Below are positions 1 to 12,000 of a stretch of 64,000 nucleotides of DNA, piece by piece. The position numbers and the translations under genes are program-made. The stretch comes from Mobula hypostoma. Lineage: Eukaryota. The notes below the pieces were generated by a model that saw nothing but the letters and a program-made list of their open reading frames with translations, made no database searches and was not told the DNA's origin. Where the stretch lies: the NCBI RefSeq assembly GCF_963921235.1, contig NC_086108.1:94614001-94678000 (forward strand), given 5' to 3'. Position 1 is the first letter of the stretch; each line of letters opens with the position of its first letter.

Positions 1-1074
1 AAAATTCAGCTTGCCGCACACAGCCAATTAACTGTTCCTTACGAGTAGCACCATTTCAGAATTTTTCAAAATGACGCCTCCTGTTTAAAATGGGAATTTG
101 CTAAGTGCCAGCAACACTCGCATAAATCATCAATCATGCACTGTCTTGCAGAGGCTTCATCTTTAAAAGCTTTGGTTAGTCCGTATTTAGAATATTGTGT
201 CCAGATCTGATCATCTCTATTTCCTTTTTTCTCTTCCATAGCTACACAGTTTGCTGGGTTTTGCACATCGCTTGTTTGTCCGCCCTGTTTGACATGGTCT
301 TTCGTTGATTTTATTATGTTTCCTATATCTACTGAGTATGCCCCCAAGAAAATGAATCTCAGGGTTGTATATAGTGATATATATAGAATATGGAAGACTA
401 CAGCCTAGGAACTGGTCCTTTGGCCCTCAATGTTGTGCTGAATCAGCTAAAAAGCAAATCAAAACACCCAAACACTAATCCCTCCTGCCTACACAATGTC
501 CATATCCGTCCATCTTCCTCACCTCCATGTGCCTATCCAAACGTCTCGTAAAAGCCTCTACCACCATAACCGGGCAGCACATTCCAGTCATCCACCACTC
601 GCTGAGTAAAAAGAACTTGCCCCTCACATCCTCTTGAACCGCCTTTGACAATAAATTTACTTTGAACTTTGTTATAGGAAGGAAGTGGATGCTCTTGTGT
701 CTCCATGGTGACAACTGCCTCATCATCAGATTAAATTGTAAATCATTGAAATCAATTCAAATAAAAACATTAAACTATTTCATAATATTTTCTTAATTGG
801 GACAAGTAACAATAACTTGGATAACTTTGCCTTAAATAAACAGGGTACACTGGGTACATCTTGTACATGAGGATAGATATGATCTATACTTGGCTCATCA
901 GGCTACAGAATATCAAGGGGAGGACTGGACTGTGGGATCCAGTGAGTCCACGCCCAACACCCACAGGTACAGAACACACCAAGGCAACGGTGGTTTTCGA
1001 CATACCTACAAGCTCGCCCTCGGAGTGACCTTGTCAATATATTTGCAGACACGAGCAGAGCCCGCACCAAGATA

Positions 1075-1330
1075 TGGTGCCGCAGTGGTGCAGCGGTTAG
1101 CTCCACACTATCACAGCTCGGAGTTACAAGCTCAATCCCAGCATCCGCTATAAGGCGGCGGTACGCCCTCCCCATGGAATGCGTGGGTTGTCCCTGGGTG
1201 CTCCAATTTCCTCCCACGGTCCAAAGACGTACCGGATAGGTTAGTTGGTCATTGTAAATTATCTCATGATCAGGTTAGGGTTGAGTTGCAGTTGCCGGAG
1301 TGGCACTGCTTGAAGGACCAGAAGCTCTAT
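1075..1330 (+). mobile_element. tRNA-derived V-SINE (HE1-like)
   Basis: A-box-like GTGGTGCAGCGG head and V-domain-like gcgtgggttgtccctgggtgctccaatttcctcccacggtccaaagac. Related copies lie at about 4550-4700(-), 10160-10370(-), 17390-17610(-), 32125-32290(+) and 43810-44290. Confidence 0.7.
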
Positions 1331-1444
1331 CACTAAAGCTTCCTATTTCCATTATACCTCCATCACATGCAGAGCCTGATCATCCAAGCGACAATTTCCC
1401 AGGTAGAGGCTTTTAACTGAACTCACGGATAGAACACTAAGTAG

Positions 1445-1988
1445 AGTTATAGAGTCAGCCGGTCTAGACAATGCCAGTCAATTCTGTCCCATCTACCTGA
1501 ACCCAGCCCATGGCCCTCCATACTTCTGTCATCCATGTACCTATCCAAACTTCTCTTCAATATTACAATTGATCCTGCATCCAGCACCTCCACTGGCAGC
1601 TCGTTTCACACTCACACCACCCCGAGTGAAATTTCCCCAACAGTTTCCTCTTACATATTTCTCAAACCTGTGGCCTCTGGTTCTAGTTTCCCCCAACCTC
1701 AGTGGAAAAAGCCTGCTTGCATTTACTGTATCTATACCCTTCATAATTTTGTATATCTCTATCAAATCTCCTGTCAGTCTCCTGTGCTCCAGGGGATAAA
1801 GTCCTGACATATTCAGTCTTTCTCTATAACTCAAGTCCTGGTGTCCTGGCAACATCCTTGTAAACTTTCCCTGCACTTTTCTAGTTTACTGATATCTTCC
1901 TAGTAGGTAGGTGACCGGAACTGCACACAATACTCCGAATTCAGCCTCAGTGATGTCTTGTACAACTTCAACATAACATCCCAACTCC
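1445..1988 (-). mobile_element. CR1 LINE 3' fragment
   Basis: ORF 1541-1876(-) FTRMLPG...LSYRERLN..GLYPLEHRRLTGDLIEIYKIMKG is the typical CR1 ORF2 C-terminus. Confidence 0.85.
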
Positions 1989-1989
1989 A

Positions 1990-2337
1990 GTAATGCCCCC
2001 ACCACCTCCCTCTCCTTCACCGTTTCCCATCCCCTTTCCCTTTCCCTCTCTCACCTCATCTCCTTGCCTGCCTATCGCCTCCCTCTGGTGCTCCTCCCCC
2101 CCTTTTCTCTCTTCCATGGCCTTCTGTCTCTTTCACCAATTTACTTCCCAGCTCCTTACTTCATCCCTCCCCCTCCAGGTTTCACCTATCACCTGGTGGT
2201 TCTCTCTCCCCTCACTTTTTAAATCCACTCAGTTTTTTTCTCTCCAGTCCTGCCACGTCATCTGTACACTTTCCACAGATGCTGCCTGGCCTGCCGAGTT
2301 CCTCCAGCATTTTGTGTGTGTTGCTCGGATTTCCAAA
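1990..2337 (+). mobile_element. Penelope-like element 3' (pLTR) fragment
   Basis: Pyrimidine-rich tract plus gatgctgcctggcctgccgagttcctccagc tail, matching the ends of the longer Penelope copies in this window. Confidence 0.7.
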
Positions 2338-3938
2338 GGCTAATGTGCCAAAAGCTCAGAGTTAGGACCCTCTCTACCTGTGACACCATTTTGAAGGAAT
2401 TACCAATCTGTAATCCCAGCATGCTTGCTCCCAATTATACCCTTTTGTACCAGTGCACACAGAGATAAACTGGAGCCAAGATCACAACCACAAATATCAA
2501 ACAGAAACAAAAGTCACAGCTCATATAATTACGGAGTGCCTTTGGTCTATGACACAAGGCCGCTTTGAATCCACAGGGACTGTGTCTATTTACCACTTGT
2601 GCTTCAGAAGGAAACAATAAGTTGTACATCTTATCAGATTCATCTAAGCAAACAACGCCCAACACTTGTTTCTGGAGAGAGATCGTCATACAGTGTTTTT
2701 AACTCAGCAGAAACACGTCTGAATGCAGTACAAAAAAACAAACAGCTCAGTTAAAAAGCCGCTTTTTGTCTACTTTCTTCTTCTTAAGCAGCCCCTGGGG
2801 ATGGAGGATACCAGCCCTACACCACTGAACAGAGGAGATTACAGATTTGGTCTGGAATAGATCCAACAATCACACTGAATGGAGAGCTACTCTGTTGGGA
2901 AACCCCAGTACAAGCCTTGCGGAATGGTGGACTGACATACAAGAAGCTCCTGGGGCCTTAGTGAAGCACAGAAGAACAACAGGTCAGATACACAGGGTGA
3001 TTAATAGATAGCCTCACAATTAGCCAGCAAAATTATCGTGTCTAATCCAAAAATTCGTATCCAAACTGATTTAAAATCTAAGTTATCAAATAGGAGAGGA
3101 TGTAACTAGTGACATATAGAACACTCGACTACCAGAGTCATGCCCCATGACGAGCTTTAACTATCTTTGTTACTCAGAATGAGAATCATGTTTATTATCA
3201 CTGGCATGGGTCATGAAGTGTGCTGCAGGTAACTGCAATTCATAAAATATACCAAAAATTACAGTAAGAAATGTGTATTAAGTAAATAGTGCAAAAAGAG
3301 AGCAAAAATAGTACGGTTGTGTTCATAGGTTCATTGTCCATCCTGAAATCTGATGGCAGAGTGGGAGAAGCTGTTCCTAATGCTGAGTGTGTGTCTTTAG
3401 GCTCCTGTACCACCTCCCTGATGGTAGCAATGAGAAGGGGGCATGACATCGGGATAAGGGTCTCGGCCCGAAACGTCGACTGTACCTCTTCCTAGAGATG
3501 CTGCCTGGCCTGCTGCGTTCACCAGCAACTTTGATGTGTGTTGCTGGTGGGAGTTTACTTCAATTGCCCTGGTCGGATGCCAGGTATTCACTGATAACTG
3601 TGCTGTTTTCTTTTACATCGCTTACTCATGCAGTCTGCACTTGAAAGCCAGGGTAAAATTTAAGCTTTGGTTCCTCATAAGCAGTCCCTTGGCATTTGGC
3701 ATCAAGCAGCTGGTAACAGTTGGGCCTCGGGGCACAGGTACCTGACCCTCAACCACAGTTAGGTCCCTTCATGCTAGATACGAGGGTTCTGGCGAATGCT
3801 GGTGAACAGAGAGACTTTGGCGGTACAAGGACATCATTCCCCAAAACTGGGAACACAGATAGATAGGGTAGAGACGAGGCCTATAGCATGCTTGCTTTCA
3901 TCAGCTGAGGAACTAAGTACAAGAGATGGGACATTGTA

Positions 3939-4353
3939 CAGTACCATGCCAAAGTCTGATGCACCCCAGATTTTTTATATTGTTTTAAATAGCATGTCCT
4001 CCACACAGCCCTGATCTCAACATCATCGAAGCTGTCTGGGACTACCTGGAGAGGCAGAAGCAAGCGAGACAGCAGAAGTCTGCAGAAGAACTATGGCAAG
4101 TTCTCCAAGATACTAGGAATAACCTACCAGCCAACTTTCTTATAAAACTGCACAACAATGTACCTAAGAGAATTGATGCAATTTTAAAGGCAAAGGGTGA
4201 AAATACCAAATATTGATTTGACTTCATTTTTTTTAACTGTTTACTGCTCTTTGAAGTTTTTGATATTTAGAAACTTTACATTTCATAATTTTTGAAAGCA
4301 TCTTCGCTTTACAGAATTGTGTTACGTGTGTCTAAGACTTTTGCTCAGTACTG
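3939..4353 (+). mobile_element. Internally deleted Tc1-like transposon nested in a CR1 fragment
   Basis: TA|CAGTAC...GTACTG|TA ends; internal PHSPDLNIIEAVWDYLE...KRIDAILKAKGENTKY transposase C-terminus. Confidence 0.8.
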
Positions 4354-5829
4354 TACTACTGTTGTACAAAATATTGGTTAGGTGCAATTGGAAGATAAAG
4401 ATTAGCTTTATTTGCCACATGTACATTGAAATATCAAAACACTCAGTGAAAGGCATCATTTGCGTCAACGGCCAACACAATCTGATAATGTGTGGAAGCA
4501 GCCCACAAATGTCGCTACGGTTCAGACGCCAACATAGCATGCCCTCAACTTACTAACTCTGACTCATATGTCTTTGGATTGTGGGAGGAAACTTGAGCAC
4601 CCCGAGGAAACCCACACGGTCATGGGGAGAGTGTACAAACTCTTTGCAGACAGTGGCGGGAATGGGTCGCTGATGGCTGGCACTGTAAAACACGACACTA
4701 CTGTGCCATCTTGAAGTGTTAGAGTATTGTGTAAAGATCCAGTCACCACAGCCTAGGAAGGATGTGATTAAACTAGAGTGTAAAGGAAAGACTCTCAATG
4801 ACGTTGCCTGGATTTAACAGCCTAAGTTAGCAGGAGAGATTGGATAGGCTGCAACTTTATTCTCTGGAGCAAAAGAGGCCAAGTGTTGATACAATAGAGA
4901 TACAAAAAACGGAAACAATTAAGAGGCATTTTGACAGATACTTGAATAAGTAAGACATATATGCTTAATGCATACAAGACTATTGACAGACAAAGACTAA
5001 ACTATGCTCCCTGTGCTGTACAGCTATGACTCTTGCAGATGGCACATCCCTCCCACCCCACGTCCCCAAGTCCCACTGATTTCAGTTTTAATAGTCCCAG
5101 GAGACACACCTGGGCCAGAACTGCTTGAAGGTCAAATCAGTTGCTCTCACCACACCTCTGGAATAATAAAGTTGGTTGTCAGAGGGTGTTTTTTTTTAAA
5201 TACACAGAGAGGTGAGTGTGTGAAACGCACTACCAGGAGTGGCGGTAGTGGCGGATGTTTGAAAGAAAACTAGGGGGTCGTGCAGGAGGGAAAAGTTAGA
5301 TTTTCTCTCGTTTCACTGTGAATGCCTGCAAGAACATGAACGTCCAGGTAGTATATGGTGACATTAACGTACCTTGATAATAAATTTACTTTGAACTTTA
5401 AAGTAGGTTACTAAGATGGCACAATATCAATGGCCAAGTGCCCTGTAGTGTGCTGTACTGTTCTATGAGCTCATTACTTCTCTAGGTTTGTAACTGTAAC
5501 ACTAGATTCCGCATTGTCCTTGTTTTACTTTGTACTACCTCAATGCACTGTGTGATCTGTATGAACATGCAGGACAAATTTTCTCCACTGCACCTCCGTA
5601 TATGTGACAATAATAAGCCAACTTGCCAATTTAGTTTGATTTGCAAGGCCTCCTGTAAAATCATACAATTGCAGACCCTCACTAGCCTGTATTTAAGAAC
5701 AAAAGGTTTCAATTAACGCCCTTCGCTGTGGTTTTTTGAAAATGTCCCACTCAAAATTGCTGAAATAAGGGGAATGTCTTTAGCTGAGAGATGGTTAAAA
5801 AACAATAGCAGATTAATTCAAAAAATACA

Positions 5830-7230
5830 AGTGTGACATAGGATCAGAAGATGTTGGATCCTTGTGGGCTGAGTTAAGAAACTGCAAGGGAAAAGGACCC
5901 TGATGGCAGTTATATACAGGCCTACAAACAGTAGCTGGGATGTGGACTACAGAATACAATGGGAAATGGAAAAGGCGGGTCAAGAGGGCAATGTTATGAT
6001 AGTCATGGGAGATTTTAACATGCAGGTAGATTGGGAAAATCCAATTGATGCTAGGTCACAAGAGAGAGAATTTATAGAATGCCTATGGGATGGATTTTTA
6101 GAGCAGCTTGTTGTTGAGTCTACTAGGGGATCAGCTATACTGGATTGGGTGTTACATAATGAACTGGAAGCGATAAGGGAGCTTAAGGTAAAGAAACCCT
6201 TAGGAGACAGTGATCACAATATGATTGAGTTCAACTTGAAATTTGATAGGAAGAAAGTAAAGTCTGACATAGAGGTATTTCAGTGGAGTAAAGGAAATTA
6301 CAGTCGCATGAGAGAGGAGTTGACCAAAGGAAATTAGAAGGAGATGCTGGCAGAGCAGCAATGGTGTGAACTTCTGGGAAAAATGAGGAAGGTGAAGGCT
6401 AAATGTATTCCAAAAATGAAGAAATACTCAATTGGCAAAAATAGTACAGCCATAGCTGACAAGGGAAATCAAAGCTAATGTAAAAGTAAAAGAGAGGGCC
6501 TACAAAAAAGCAAAAATTAGAACATCCCAAAGGTTAACATGCAGGTTGAGTCGGTGGTGAGGAAGGCAAATGCAATGTCAGTATTCATTTCAAGAGGTCA
6601 GGAATACAACAGCAAGGATGTGATGCTGAGGCTTTTTAAGGCACTGGTGAGGCCTCACTTTGAGTATTGTGAACAGTTTTGGGCTCCTTATCTAAGAAAA
6701 GATGTGCTGACAGTGGAGAGGGTTCAGAGGAGATTCACAAGGGTGATTCTGGGAATGAAAGGGTTATCATGTGAGGAATGTTTGATAGCTCTGGGCCTTA
6801 ACTCACTGGAACTTAGAAGGATGAGGGAGGATCTCATTGAAACCTTTCAAATGTTGAAAGGCCTAGACAGAGTAGATGTGGAAAGGATGTTTCCCATGGT
6901 GGGGGGCGGGGGGGATCTAGGACAAGAGGACACAACCTCAGGATAGAGGGGCACCCTTTCAAAACAGAGTTACAGAGAAATTTCTTTAGCCAGAGGGTGG
7001 TGAATTTGTGGAATTTGTTACCACATGCAGTTGCGGAGGCCAGGTCATTGGGTGTATTTAAGGCAGAGACTGATAGATTCTTGATTGGCTATGGCTTCAG
7101 CGGTTATGGGGAGAAAGCCGGGGAGTGGAGCTGAGGAAGGGAAAACAGGATCAGCCATGATTGAATGGCGGAACAGACTTGATGGGCCAAATGGCCTAAT
7201 TTTGCTCTTATGTCTTATTATGGTCTTATT
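5830..7230 (+). mobile_element. CR1 LINE, degenerate (APE endonuclease plus 3' end, RT deleted)
   Basis: ORF 5903-6337 (IYRP, MGDFN, LDWVL, SDHNMIEF) and ORF 6539-6946 (ALVRPHFEYC.QFWAP). Confidence 0.88.
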
Positions 7231-7559
7231 AGTACGTTTCAGAAAATGTGCTTTAAGTGACGAAGCCAGACATTAGTTTTTATTTTTCTTAGATACAGTG
7301 AATCTGTTTTACCTGCAGCCATCTTCAGTTCAGTTTGCAACTAATAACAGAATGATAAACATTTAGCTCCCCGTGAGGAAATAACCACAACTGTGTAAAG
7401 AGCTGGTTGTTAAAAGAAATGTTATCCCAAATCCTCACACCAGGGTTTCTTCTTGTCTTCTGAAGACTATAAAAAGAAATGAATGCTCTTCTCTAGTTAC
7501 AACAGGAAAGTGGAAAACCCTTTGGGAAAATTCTACCTCTACAATGGCACTACTACATT

Positions 7560-8130
7560 AGGGGTTTGGAGAGTTTTGGGATGTCACCGATGACTCTTGC
7601 AAATTTCTACAGGTGTACCAGGGAGACCGGCTGCATCATCACCTGGTGTATAGCCTCCAATGCACAGGATTGAAAGAGGTTGCAGAGGATTGTAGATTCA
7701 GCCAGCTTTATCATGGGCACAAGCCTCCCCACCTTTGGGGACACCTCTGAGAGGCCATGCCTCAAGAAGGCAGCATCCATCATTAAGGAACCTCAGCACC
7801 CAGGACATGTCCTCTTCCCATCATTACCTTCAGGGAGGAAGTGCAGCAGCCTAAAGATTGACACTTAACAATTCAAGAACAGCCTCTTCCCCTCTGTCAT
7901 CAGATTTCTGAACAGTCCGTGAACCAATGAACATGACCTTACTATTCCTAAACACGAGATCTCTTTAGATGATGCCTGACCTGTTGAGTTCCGCCTCACA
8001 ATTCCTTTCTTTTTTTGCACTATTTAATGTATTTATTTTAGAATAGCTAGTCATTTTATGTCTGTGCACTGTACCGCTGCTGAAAAACAAGCAAATTTCA
8101 CTTCAAATAGGCCAGAAACTCGATTCTGAT
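7560..8130 (+). mobile_element. Rex1/Babar-type LINE 3' fragment
   Basis: QRIVDSA..IMGTSLP...CLKKAASIIKEP.HPGH.LF..LPSGR motif. Confidence 0.75.
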
Positions 8131-8896
8131 GTTTATGGATTGTAGTGTCTTCTATGACACACAAGCAAGTGACAGGACAGGGTGGCTGCTGGACAAGGGC
8201 ATATTCTTACCAATTCTACTTTCACAGATGCTACATTTTCACAAGGGCTGAAAGGATAGAAGTTTTAAGAAAATAAAGACAGAAGAGATTGCAAACACGG
8301 GAATTTGGAGCAGCAGACAAGCAGGCGGATTAACACAAGAGATTCTTCAGAAGCTGGAATTTCAGAGAAATACACTTAAAAATGCTGGAGGAATTCAGCA
8401 GGGCAGGCAACATCAATGAAGAGAAATTTTAAAAATTATGTTTTTTGGCCAAGACCCAGTCAATAGAAAGAGGCTCAGCCCAAAATATCAACTCTTTATT
8501 CCTCTCCATCGACGCTACCTGACCTGCTGAGTTCCTCTAGCATTTAGTGTATGATACGCAAGACACTGGATGAACTCAGTGGACTTGGCAGTATCTACAG
8601 AGGGAACTGGACAGTCTATTCTTTGGGTCAAGACCCTTCGTCTCAACAAATGAAGGGTCTTGACCCAAAACAGCAACGTCTACTAGAGTTGCCAGACTGA
8701 GTTTCGCCAGCTTCTTTTTAGTGGTTTTAGGAAAGGCATCACAACTCTGATCAGTGATAGCCTCATCCCAGCTGCACGTGGAAAGTATCAGTAGATCACA
8801 GGTGTCGTCAAGTAATAACAGAATTATGAGAAAAAGCAGACAGATTGAGAAGGCAGATTAAAGCACAAACAAATTGTTAAAAGCCAGCTCTCTCAC

Positions 8897-9029
8897 CTTT
8901 CCACAGAAATATGTGACCACATGACCCATTGTCAAGGATGTAACATTCGTTGGTAGAAAGTTGAGCCATTTTAAATGGGTTCTCCGCAGCTACTTCTGTT
9001 AAACTCAACTGCCCACTGGCATCAGAGAT
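8897..9029 (-). CDS. scinl: scinderin-like coding exon 6 (133 nt, G3)
   Basis: CTCTTAG|ATC ... AAAG|GTGAGA; encodes [44 protein letters not shown](G). Confidence 0.93.
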
Positions 9030-12000
9030 CTAAGAGTAATCAAATCAACCAGGTTCATTACAATGTATGATGTAGTCTACGAAAGTTTTGCACTTGATTG
9101 GCAAAACTGTATCATTAAGACTTGGCAAAGAATTCGCACATCATCTGAGAAGAAAACTGTTACCATGTAGAGTTTGGCCTTTTGCTTGCTACGGGTATCA
9201 GCGGCGCTATCTTCAAGAACAGCGTCTGGAAGGTCTGGTTTGGGACCCAGTAACTGCCATTTAAAAAAAAGAGGAAATGTTACGTCAGAACAGAATCCTT
9301 CTTGCATGGTATCAACTTTACACTAAATCTTCACATGCCCACCTCAATGACCTCCTTGGGCTCCTGTCCTTCTTCCAACACATGTACCTTGGCGCGCCCT
9401 GCTCTGTCTTTATCACGGATACTTGTGACAAGTTGACAGCACTTGAGCTTCTCATGAACATTGCTCTTTGATCCATTCCACTGGTAAATCTCCTGCAATT
9501 ACAAATTTAAACAAGATCATGAGTCCCCTGTGGCCAGATGTAAACTTTATTCAAAATTGAGTATATTACTTGCCAGATTATGGATAACCTCCTCCCCACC
9601 ACACTTACTACATTCTGTTTCTTTCACACAGTCCTAGGTCAAACAGCATTCCCTTCATCCCATTGAATCCATGTTGACCATTAGCGCCCCTTAACACTAA
9701 GCCTAAATAAACCCCGTTTTATTCCCCTCACATTCCCAATATCCTTCCCCCAGATCCCACCAGCAACGTAAGTGATCCTGAAATATCTTCATCATCATAG
9801 CCAGGCAGATCATGCGGGGAAGCACCACTGCTGAGAGAACCGAGCAACAATTTGTTGTACTTACAGCTCCAACATCGATGATGAAGCAGTCTCCCTTATT
9901 AAAGCTGCTCCACGCAAAAGGCGCTTCACAGGCCCGCACATTTCGCCTGCCCTTCACGTGCAGTAGCCTCTTTATATTCGCCTGATTGGTGACGACGTGT
10001 GTGAAGCCGGATGCAACACCTCCTTCCTGCAATAGGAAACATACACTACATGAGGCAAAAAAATGGTTTAAATTTTATAAAAGGGCAAAATTATCTTACC
10101 AAAACCCAAAGTCGTACTGATGCAAGCTTCAAAGATTTAACTTAGAATGAATTTTACTGAGAAATACAGGGTAGTAACAGGCCCTTCTGGCCAAACTGGT
10201 CTGCACTACTCAATTACCCTTGTGTGACCAACTAACCTACTAATCTGCACAGCTTTGGAACGTAGGAGGAAACCGGAGGACACCCACAGGGAGAATGTAC
10301 AAACTCCTTATAGGCAGCAGCTGATTTGAACTTGTATCACGGGTGCCATAATGGCTTTATGCTAACCACCACATATATAAATCTTTTCAGAAAGGGCATC
10401 GAATGGCAGAGCAAAAATGTTCTTGTGTCTGTTTCAAGGTATAATCTTGTGAATGGGGTCCTTCCGCTCCCCCCCTCCCACCACCATACTGAGGAAGGAG
10501 CACAGTATAGGGTTCTTCTGCTATGCCACATGACTGGCAACAGTTCTATTGGCTTTAAGGGGTGGAATAGAGGGGAGGGAACATCCACTTAGACCATGAG
10601 AGGCCTGCGTCGGGCATTTTCATGCCTTACAAGGCGCAGATTGGAAGTCTGTGTGGGGCGCCACTCCTTGCACAGACACTAGAGCAATGTGTGGTTAAGT
10701 GCCTTGCTCAAGGGCACAAACACGCCGCTACAGCTGAGGCTCGAACTAGCGACCTTGAGATAACTAGATGAATGGAATAGAAAAGTACTGAAAGCATTGA
10801 CTATGAATGCAAGAATAAAAGAGATTGCACAGTTCATTGTTGTGATTAATTTTTGACTGTGAATAAAGTTTATTTTGATATATAAAAAAAAACCTTGTGA
10901 ACGGGATACATCCTAGTATAGGCTCATGACTTCAAAAGACTTGAGGTAAAAGTGTTCTGCACACTCAATGTAATTCAACAACCCAAATCTGTAATGAGTG
11001 CATGGCACTCAGACCAATTCACATAGACGTGCCCCATAGGGATACGTATCTCATTGGTGCAGTAAAGGCTGCTTCATTCTTTATTTATTCAAAGTCTTTA
11101 ACCCAGATAAATATGAAGTGTTAGGCCTTGGTAGGGCAAATACAAGGAGACAGGCTGAACAGAGAGATCTTGGAGTCCAAGTTCATTGCTCCATGAAAGT
11201 GGCTGCACAGGTCTATAGGGTGGCAAAGAAGTGTGAGGGGTTGCTGAAGTACCCCTATTAACTGTGCTTTTGAGAAGAGAGAGAGAGTTATTTACCACCG
11301 ATGGCTTGTTTGTAAGAGAGAGACAGACGAAGATTAACGGTTGGACTGTCACTTTAAGGCACTGGAAGTAACTTTGGATTTCTACTGAGTTGGGTTTGGA
11401 GATAGCACTGAGCAGCTCGGAAGTTGCTATGGTGACCGAAGGCAGGTTGTTGATATTACTTGTTCAAGGACAGTTCGCCTGCTTGTGCATTTCTTCACAG
11501 ACAAAGGAAGGAGGGATTATTTGAATGACAGTTGATGCTCAGCACGGTGAGATAAGTAGGAGGTCAGATGATACAGACCTCAGACACATGATCTGGACAC
11601 TGAATGAGCGTTGTTGTGCCCGCAGAGAAAGGTGGGTTTTGGAGGATCGATCTAATCGCTCTTGCAGTGGAAGGAGGGAAAAGGGTTGACTGGTGGGGAG
11701 TTGTCCATGTGTCCACCCTTGCCTGGGGGATAGCTCCACCACAGAAAACCGGTCCCCTTTGTTAAAGTCACAGTCGGTGACTTTTAAAGGATTTCGGAGG
11801 ATGACAAGAAGATCGATGGCATCAGCTCACCTGAAGACTCAAATCTCTCTCTCTTTCCATCACTACTCAACTCAATACCACGAACTGAACTGAACTTTAC
11901 TCATCATCGTAAGACTGTATCTTTTTACCCCTAGACTTAAAGAAACTTGGTTTTTCATACATATATTTCCACACTTACTGATATACTTACATATATATAT

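Noticed and set aside
5110..5157. Minus-strand GVVRATDLTFKQFWP with splice-like flanks, resembling gelsolin TLFKQFF
   Set aside because: Wrong phase and size for the expected exon, and the similarity is too short; likely chance.
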